From positions 1-32,000 of the forward strand of contig DATFPH010000324.1 in assembly GCA_035264905.1 (NCBI GenBank): a stretch of 32,000 bases of DNA, in the 5' to 3' direction. A model generated the notes under the pieces. That model was not told the DNA's origin. It did no database searches and saw only the letters and a program-made list of their open reading frames with translations. Position 1 is the first letter of the stretch; every line of letters begins with the position of its first letter. Positions 8,423 through 15,300 of this stretch are shown piece after piece. This DNA comes from Thermoanaerobaculia bacterium (GTDB taxonomy: Bacteria; Acidobacteriota; Thermoanaerobaculia; Multivoradales; UBA5704). The position numbers were made by a program, and so were the translations under genes.

Positions 8423-8775
8423 ATTCCATCGCTTAAACTATGTGCCGAGCCGTCTGGCGTTCAACGAGATGGCGCTCACCGGCGGCGCCAGCCGTCCGGT
8501 GCAGCGCCGGGGTTCGCCGGCATTCTCTGTCTTCTCTGGGCCATCTGCTTCTCGCCGGAATCTGCCTCTCGAGATGCCCCTGCGTCACGGCGGTTCAACG
8601 GCTGCAGAAATTCTACCGCACCTCATTGTCAAGTGCCAGAGTTCCCGCGGAACCTTCCCCCGCTGTTTTGACACTGTAGGAGACTGGGAAATCTCCTCCG
8701 TCGCTCTTGTGCGCGTCCGAAGCCCTTGTAGGGAGCAGCCAGAAGGAACTTGCGGCATGGCGAAGAGGTACGCGA

Positions 8776-9066
8776 CTAGAAGGCGAGGCCCAGGAAGGGC
8801 GGTGCGAAGTACCACAAGAGTACTGAGTTGGCTGCGATGCCGATCAGGGGAATCAGAAGAGCCGCTCGGACCGGTCGGAGATTGAGCAGCATACCGACGA
8901 TGCCGGTGACCAAGCCCACCGCGCAGAGAACGACCAACAAGAGACCCGCTTGCACGAACCCCCCAAAGTCGTCGTGGCTCGCCACGCGGCCCTGCGCCGT
9001 CAGTAGGGCTGCAACCGCGATCAGGGCAGCTATCCAGGACGTATAACTCGCAACAGCGCGCACCAT
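8776..9066 (-). CDS. Small integral membrane protein (3 TM)
   Basis: ORF 8776..9090 trimmed to ATG 9064-9066, which has GGAGG (9074-9078) 7 nt upstream. Helices: WIAALIAVAALLTA, VQAGLLLVVLCAVGLVTGIVGMLL, AALLIPLIGIAANSVLLWYF. Confidence 0.65.
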   Translation of the reverse strand: MVRAVASYTSWIAALIAVAALLTAQGRVASHDDFGGFVQAGLLLVVLCAVGLVTGIVGMLLNLRPVRAALLIPLIGIAANSVLLWYFAPPFLGLAF

Positions 9067-9192
9067 CGTGTGGCCTCCGGTCTGCTCCATAAATAGTGAT
9101 GAATTGGAGAAAGTGGTCGTAGTGTCGGCGAACGTTCCTGCCGATGAGCGGCGGCTTTGCCGTCCGCTCGATCGGTCGTGTTATGCGCCGGC

Positions 9193-9672
9193 TCATCCCA
9201 GTCCAAGCAGCGAAAGTGCTCTGGCAATCGTATTGCCATGTCTCGCAAGAGCCTCCTGGGTTCTCCGGATGATTTCCCCTTTTCGCGTTTCCCTGAGGAA
9301 GCTTTCATCGTGGGCCTGTTCGGAAAGAACGGCCAAAGCTCTCCTAATGTCATCGGGATCCTTGACGCGGCCGACTTGGAGCACAACCTTCGCAGTGTCA
9401 GTCGGCCGGTCGAGCAGTTCCTCCTCAGTAATGACGATCAAGGGCGCGGCCAAGCCCTTCAGCCCATGTGTATTCTTGAAGCGTAAGTTCGTATCCTTAC
9501 CGAGCAGGACGCTGAGGTGGCAGTGCTGGGCAGGGAGATGATCGGCCAAGGTGAAGAGTGCGTCCATGAGTGTTTGCTCCGCCATCGTACGAAAGCCGTC
9601 GAGAACGACCGTCAAATAGTAGCGACAGCCTGGAGGACTGTCCCCTCCCGTCGCGATGGCTAAGCGTGCCAA
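9193..9672 (-). CDS. Receiver-like (CheY-fold-like) protein with a C-terminal Fis-type HTH that is cut short by the stop codon
   Basis: TTG start 9670-9672 with a strong SD (GGGAGG at 9679-9684, 6-nt spacer). LTVVLDGFRTM resembles CheY beta1 (FLVVDDFSTM). PLIVIT resembles beta4 (PVLMVT). RVKDP resembles the beta5 Lys (VKPF). The C-terminus EALARHGNTIARALSLLGLG resembles the first two helices of the Fis/NtrC HTH_8 ([12 protein letters not shown]...). The assignment is by eye only. Confidence 0.45.
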   Translation of the reverse strand: MARLAIATGGDSPPGCRYYLTVVLDGFRTMAEQTLMDALFTLADHLPAQHCHLSVLLGKDTNLRFKNTHGLKGLAAPLIVITEEELLDRPTDTAKVVLQVGRVKDPDDIRRALAVLSEQAHDESFLRETRKGEIIRRTQEALARHGNTIARALSLLGLG

Positions 9673-9691
9673 AATAATCCTCCCTAGTCTC

Positions 9692-9940
9692 TCAAACCTT
9701 CATCGTCTCTGTCAGGGCAATGAATTCTTGGTCACCCCTGGAACCTACAATTGCATTCGGGGCATTCGGAACCCCCACACTTAGAGTCTTCGGTTTGGTC
9801 AGTGGAACAAGAAAGGACAATCCCGCTGCGGCTAACGTGGGGCCGGTAAAACCCCAGGAGTCGACAGCGAGAAGGCTCCTAAGGCCCCATTCGAACAGGA
9901 GAAGTAGCAGAGGGAAACCGTAAATTAGCACTCCGTACAT
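9692..9940 (-). CDS. Small integral membrane protein (2 TM)
   Basis: 82 aa. ATG 9938-9940 with GGAGG (9946-9950) 5 nt upstream. Helices: VLIYGFPLLLLLFEWGL and GPTLAAAGLSFLVPL. Confidence 0.6.
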   Translation of the reverse strand: MYGVLIYGFPLLLLLFEWGLRSLLAVDSWGFTGPTLAAAGLSFLVPLTKPKTLSVGVPNAPNAIVGSRGDQEFIALTETMKV

Positions 9941-9998
9941 AGTTACCTCCTAAGCTCCTACCTACCACGCATAACGTGATTGCGGCTGAGCGGATGCG

Positions 9999-10751
9999 TC
10001 AGCAGTCCGCTCGAGCCGCCGTGTTAGCCGTCTCTTTATTTTCTGGATTCGGGAGTCGATCGTACCACTCCTTCAGTGTACGCCGACTGTAGAGCTTCAG
10101 TTGTACTTTCTGGCTCGGATGGAGACACGACAGGGAGAGACGTGGTTCCTCGCAGCCAATTCGAAGGGCCACAGCACAAATTGCTTCGCCCAGCCGCAGC
10201 CAGGCCTTCGCAGAGAGCTCAAGTACATCCTCCTTGAAAGGCTCCAGCCGCCAGACTCTCTCGACACAAGGCAAGGTATTCTCATCCTCACTGCCATCAT
10301 CATCCGGCAAAACGCCACAAATATCCTCTCCTACATTTTTGACTGCCCAAAGATAGCGGCGCATAGCCGTGTCACTATTCTGTTGAGGGTCAATGGACTG
10401 CACTAGGCCAAACTTTATACCATTCCCCTTAGTAATACCAACTGCACCTGAGCTATTTGGCAGCAGCATGCCTCTATGGACTATAAAGTCTCGATGTTTA
10501 GCCAGGAAGTGAAGAAGCGGATCGTTCCTCAGCACCTCCCGCTCTCCTCTGTACCACTCACTAAAGCCCGGCTCATTCTGAAGTTCCATGGCTATGAGTT
10601 GCGGCACCTCTTTCAGTGAGCGCAGGAATCCACCTAAACTCCACCGGAATTCGTCGGCAAAGTGGTAGTACTGCTCCATGGCATGAAGATGAAAATGCGC
10701 CTCTTCAAAGCGATCCATGGATGCAGGCGTCTTTTCCTTCAGCTTCAACAT
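9999..10751 (-). CDS. Hypothetical protein with an Rx4H motif (possible HEPN-like), first gene of the cassette
   Basis: 250 aa. ATG 10749-10751 with GAGGGT (10759-10764) 7 nt upstream. The helical N-terminal half (FEEAHFHLHAMEQYY...FLRSLKEVPQL...LHFLAKHRDFIVHRG) contains RDFIVH (aa 87-92, nt 10476-10493). This fits the HEPN Rx4-6H consensus. I cannot name a family. Confidence 0.55.
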   Translation of the reverse strand: MLKLKEKTPASMDRFEEAHFHLHAMEQYYHFADEFRWSLGGFLRSLKEVPQLIAMELQNEPGFSEWYRGEREVLRNDPLLHFLAKHRDFIVHRGMLLPNSSGAVGITKGNGIKFGLVQSIDPQQNSDTAMRRYLWAVKNVGEDICGVLPDDDGSEDENTLPCVERVWRLEPFKEDVLELSAKAWLRLGEAICAVALRIGCEEPRLSLSCLHPSQKVQLKLYSRRTLKEWYDRLPNPENKETANTAARADC

Positions 10752-10885
10752 CGAAATTACCCTCGGCGGCTAACCTTGTGTGCTTCGATGTCTCCCCACA
10801 CTCTGCCGTATTGCCGCTGGCGCCTGCTCTCATACCGCCTCGGGGCCCGCTATACAACTGATCCTTCAATATGTTACGAGGCATT

Positions 10886-11063
10886 CGCATTCTCGTCAAT
10901 ATGCGGGCTTGTGGCGATATGTACATCTGCGGCACTCGACGGGCAATTCGTCTTATCCGTCGGCGGACGACTCCCAAAGCTCCCGACGGAGGAGCTTCTT
11001 TCCTGTCGGTATGCGCCTCTCGTTCGGGTCGGCAGGGGCTTATCCGTGTCCGCGAAGCAGCTT
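10886..11063. repeat. Copy B of the ~178-nt diverged direct repeat (partner at 4339-4515)
   Basis: Same orientation as copy A (alignment in the copy A entry). Palindrome ATGTACAT at 10919-10926. TTATCC cores at 10953, 11040 and 11062, plus TTATCT at 11085 just outside the aligned block. Confidence 0.8.
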
Positions 11064-11283
11064 ATCCAGGGGGGTGTTGGGGGCTTATCTGCTCGTGAGG
11101 TGTCGGCGAGGGTCGCAGCCTTCTGGAATGCCGCCAGCGCCCCCTCGAGGCGGATGTCCGGCAGCGGCAACCTCGACGCCCCCTGGCGGGCCACGATGCC
11201 GAGGAACAGGCTGAACATCCCGGCCGGCGCGCCTCGGAGTACGTCCGCCACGGAACCCGGATTCAAGTATTCGCTCACCGGGC

Positions 11284-12207
11284 AGAAGCCTTTTCGCCGC
11301 GGGGAGTTTCCCGGTGCTCCCGGGGAGTTTCCCGCGCCTCCCGGGCAGGAGTACTTGCGTACCGGGTAAGAGCCTTTACGCCGCGGGAATTTCCCCGAGA
11401 GCCGCGGACGAAAGTACTTGCGTACCGGGTAGGAGCCTTTGGGCCGCGGGAGATTTCCCGCGAGCCGTGGGGAAGAGTACTTGCGTACCGGGTAAGAGCC
11501 CAAGAGCCCCGGGCCGAAGTACTTGCGTGCCGGGTGAGAGCCTTTGGGCCGCGAGAGATCTCCCGCGGGCTGCGGGGAAAAGTACTTGCGCGCCGGGTAA
11601 GAGCCCGAGAGCCGCGGGCGTTCGTACTTGCGTGCAGGGTAAGAGCCTTTACGCCGCGGGGAGAAGTACTTGTTTACCGGGTGAGAGCCTTTGAGCCGCG
11701 GGAGATTTCCCGCGAGCCGCGGGGAGAAGTACTTGCGTACCGGGTAATTGCCCGGTAGCGCCGGGTAATTGCCCGGGAGCCGCGGGCAACTCCCCGGGAG
11801 CCGCCGGGAGCTTCCGGCTGAACGCGGGTTGGAGACCGCGAGGCGCGGGTGAGACCCCGAGAGGTCCGGGTCAGCTCCCGGGCGGCGCTGGGCAAGACCC
11901 GCGAGCTACAGGCTGGAGCCCGCGAGCCGCGGGGCGGAACCCGGGAGGCGCGGGGGACTCCCCGGAAGCCGCGGGTCAGCTCCCGCGAAGCGCGGGTTGG
12001 CGCCCGCAACCCAAAGGCTGGAGCCGGGGAGGCGTGGACTGGAGCCCGCAAGGTCCGGGGTGGAGCCCGGGAGGCCTGGGCAAGAGCCGGCGAGCCACGG
12101 GGTGAAGCCCACGAGTCCCCGGCTGGAGCCCGCGAGGCGCGGGTCAATGCCCGAGCGACCCGGGTCTTCCTCCGCGAGCCGAAGTCTGGAGCCGGGGAGG
12201 CGACCAG
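11284..12207. repeat. Tandem array of 44 phased 21-nt units (degenerate), with 63/42-nt higher-order structure in the left half
   Basis: Units were written out by hand. The unit boundary stays in exact phase at 11284+21n at every checkpoint tested: units 4, 7, 10, 12, 15, 17, 19, 22, 27, 31, 36, 41 and 44. Right-half consensus is about TGGAGCCCGCGAGGCGCGGGT. In the left half, units 4, 7, 10, 12, 15, 17, 19 and 22 carry AGTACTTGCGTACCGGGT, alternating with AAGAGCCTTTNNGCCGCGGG and GATTTCCCGCGAGCCGCGGG types. Most units contain CCCGCG..CGCGGG inverted pairs. Confidence 0.9.
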
Positions 12208-12210
12208 GGT

Positions 12211-12243
12211 AGCCGGCGAGAGCCCGCGGCCGGTTACTTTTTT
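12211..12243 (+). terminator. Intrinsic-terminator-like hairpin + T6 at the right edge of the 21-nt array
   Basis: agccggc (12211-12217) pairs with gccggtt (12229-12235), 7 bp with one G:U and an 11-nt loop. It is followed by AC and TTTTTT (12238-12243). The orientation implies plus-strand transcription through or out of the array. Confidence 0.4.
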
Positions 12244-12319
12244 GCCGCAGCCCCTGTCTAAGAGAGTGGAGGTCCCAAGAGCGGGACCTTCGAGACCTCT
12301 GTTCTCAGGGAGGACGCCC

Positions 12320-15300
12320 ATGTTCCGGACCGTCTCGCTTCTCGGCTTGCTCGCCCTCGCCGCCGTTGGTTTGACCTCCGGCCTGGCGCAGGACAAGGCA
12401 GGCTCCGGCAGTCTCCGGCCCGCCGCTGCTGCTGCTCCCGCGACTACCGTGGCCAGCTTCACGCCGGCCTCGTTCCGATTCTCGAAGACCACGGCCGATC
12501 AACCCGAAACCGAGCCGGAGGCGCCGGTCCGCCTCACCGCGACCGACGGGACGGGTCTCTCCCTAGTCGCCCTGGAGGCGAACGGCGTGCTGGAGCCGCC
12601 GCTCGCGTTCACCGAGCTCCACCTCACCTTCGAAAACCCCCGCGACCAGATGATCGAGGGGCGGTTCCGCATCGCCCTGCCGCCGGGCGCCGCACTCTCC
12701 CGCTTCGCCATGAAGATCGGCGACTCCTGGCAGGAAGGGGAAGTGGTGGAGCGCCAGCGCGCCCGCGTGGCCTATGAGGACTTCCTCCACCGCCGGCAGG
12801 ATCCGGCGCTCCTGGAGCAGGAGGCGGGGAACGAGTTCTCGGCCCGTGTCTTCCCGATCCCGGCCCGGGGCCGTAAAGAGATCATCGTCTCCTATTCGCA
12901 CGGGCTGACCCGGGCGGACGAGCCGTACGTCATCCCGCTCCTCGGGCTCTCGGAGGTCGGCCAGCTCGACGTCCGCGTGCTCCTCGGCGAGCGCCCGGCC
13001 GGCGGTTTCCCGGAGAACACGGCGGCGAGCAACCTCGGCGGCGAGGTCCGTGACCGCCGCGTCATCGAGCTGCACAAGCGGAGCTGGACGCCGGACCGCG
13101 ACTTCGAGGTCGGCCAGGAGCAGGTCGCGGGCCGCGCCGGGCTGCGGCACGACCACCTCGCCGTGGTGCGCGTCGCGCCGGTCGTCGAATCGGCGCCGCA
13201 GGAGATTACCGGCCTCTACGTGCTCGTCGATTCGAGCGCGTCGCGCGCCCTCGGCTGGAAAGCCCAGGTGCGCCGTCTCACCGAGCTCGCCGGCGGCCTG
13301 CGCGACGGCGCCGGCAGCGCGACGCCGCTGGGTATCGCCGCGTTCGACCAGGTGGTCGTGCCGGTTTTCGAAGGCACGGCGGGCGGGTTCGGCGCCGCCG
13401 AGGTGCAGAGCCTCGGCGCCCGCCGTCCGCTCGGTGCGTCGGACCTGCAGAGCGCTCTCACCTGGCTGGCCGGCCGGCTGGGCGAGGAGCGCGCACAGTA
13501 TCCGCGCGTCCTGCTGCTGACCGACGGCGTGGCCACCGCCGGAGAGACCGAGACGCGGGCGCTCAAGGCGGCGGTACAGGCCCTGGGCGCGCAAGGCGTC
13601 GAGCGCCTCGACGTGCTGGCCGTCGGCGGGCTGCGCGACGACGCGGTGCTGCGGGAGCTGACGACCGGCAACCTGAAGCACGACGGCCAGCGCCTCGACG
13701 GTGGCGCTCCGCTCACCGAGATCTCCCGCCGGCTGACCCTCGCCAGCCGCTCCGGCATCCAGGTGGCGGTCGAGGGAGCGACCTGGGTCTGGCCCGAGAC
13801 CCTCGACGGCATCCAGCCCGGCGACCAGGCTCTGGTCTATGCCGACCTGCCGGCGGACCGGCCGCTGCGTCTCTCTCTGGCCGGCCAGCCCTTGACGCTC
13901 GCCGGTGAGCTGGCGCCCGCCGAGCGGCCTCTGCTCGAAAGATCCTGGGCGCAGGCTCGCATCGAGCGGCTGCTGCACCTGCGCGACACCGAGCACGCCG
14001 GCGACGACGACCTGCGCCGGGCTCTCGCGTTGCAGGTCACCGAGCTCAGCATCCGCCACCGGGTGCTCTCCCCGTATACCGCCCTGCTGGTGCTCGAAAC
14101 CGAGGCCGATTACGCGCGCTTCGGCCTCGACCGCCGGGCCCTCGCCGACATCCTGACCGTCGGCGCAGGTGGGCTGGACGTGCTCGCCCGGAAGCAGTCC
14201 GGCGCGTCCGGGGGGACCCGGATCGCCGTCGAGACCCGGCAATCGACGAAGACCGACTTCGATACCTTCGAAGCCCCAGGGCCCGAGGGCGAGCCTGCGA
14301 TGCCGCTCGACGTGGAGGATGGCGTCGAAGGCGGAGTCGAGGGAGGCGTGGAAGGTGGTGTGGCCGGAGGCGTGGTCGGAGGCGTTGCCGGCGGTGCGAT
14401 CGCGGTCCAGGCCACTGAGGTGCCCCCGCCGCCGATGGCCGTGCCGTCGCCCCCGCCGCCGCCAATGGCGCGTCCGCGGCCGGTCGAGTCGGACGAGGCG
14501 CCCCTGCGCGTCGGCGGAAATGAACAACCCCTGGCGGAGACCATCAGCGCCGAGACTCCGCGGCGAGACCGCGAGGAGGAGAAAAGAAAGATGGTTGCGC
14601 CGTACTCCGGGCGTTTCGCCGAGGTCATGGAGCACCTCGCCGCCGGCCGGACCGCGCGGGCGCGCGCTCGTGCCGAGGCCTGGAGCGCCGAGGAGCCGGG
14701 CGACGTGCTGGCCCTGCTGGCACTGGGCGAGGCCTGGGAGGCCGTTGGCGAGAAAACCGCGGCGGCGCGGGCCTACGGCTCGCTGATCGACCTCTTCCCG
14801 AGCCGCGTCGACATGCGGCGGCTGGCCGGCGAGCGTCTCGAACGGCTGGGAGAGGCGGGGCGCGCCCTGGCGATCGACACCTACCGGAAAGCCGTCCAGG
14901 ACCGGCCGGACCACCCCTCGGGCCATCGTCTCCTCGCCTGGGCCCTGCTGCGTGCCGGCCGTTTTGCGGAAGCCTTCGAGGCGCTCGAAACCGGCCTGGA
15001 GCAGGACTACCCCGGTGGGCGCTTCCTGGGAGCCGACCGCATCCTGCGGGAAGACTTCGGCCTCCTCGGCGCCGCTTGGCTGCGCGCCGAGCCGTCCCGC
15101 CGCGAAGAGGTCCTCGACCGCCTCCAGGCCCACCAGGCCCGGCTGGAGAGCGAGCCCTCCCTGCGCTTCGTCCTCACCTGGGAGACCGACGCCAACGACG
15201 TCGACCTCCACATCTGGGACCGTCAGGACAACCATGCCTACTTCAGCCAGAAGAAGCTGGCCTCGGGAGGCGAGCTCTACGAGGACGTGACCACCGGCTA

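Larger units (their letters stand above)
3603..11100. other. Lower-GC accessory segment (genomic-island-like), no integrase or transposase seen
   Basis: Direct counts: line 3841-3900 is 31/60 G+C and line 7801-7860 is 24/60. Line 13441-13500 in the flanking core is 44/60. Content is accessory-type: TA pair, nuclease, TIR protein, gene remnants. Boundaries are approximate, judged by eye. Confidence 0.6.

Noticed and set aside
8610-8640. Possible sigma-70 promoter for the TIR-kinase gene (minus strand TTGACA ... TAGAAT).
   Set aside because: The two hexamers are separated by only 11 nt instead of 16-18 nt. This is not a functional geometry without further evidence.
8585-9196. 203-aa minus-strand ORF spanning the 9193-8776 gap and the 3-TM gene in another frame.
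   Set aside because: Beyond its first ~15 codons (which look like the displaced HTH recognition helix of the upstream gene), the translation is R/G/P-rich and featureless. The overlapping frame encodes a convincing 3-TM protein with its own GGAGG SD.
11284-12207. CRISPR array interpretation of the repeat region.
   Set aside because: The units are contiguous 21-mers with no unique spacers between conserved repeats. The period is far below the CRISPR repeat+spacer length. No cas genes are in the window.
10886-12207. Chromosomal or plasmid replication origin (DnaA-box-like TTATCC motifs next to iteron-like 21-mers).
   Set aside because: Only the 6-nt core matches the DnaA box. There is no AT-rich unwinding element and no dnaA, dnaN or rep gene nearby. 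44 units far exceeds typical iteron numbers. Kept only as a low-weight hypothesis under the motif and array findings.
11849-12319. ORF-track start at 11849 would give the VIT-vWA protein a 157-aa N-terminal extension running through the 21-nt repeats.
   Set aside because: The extension is just the repeat array translated (AREPRGG/TREARGT...). ATG 12320 has a good SD and yields a canonical signal peptide. A terminator-like hairpin+T6 (12211-12243) lies inside the supposed extension.
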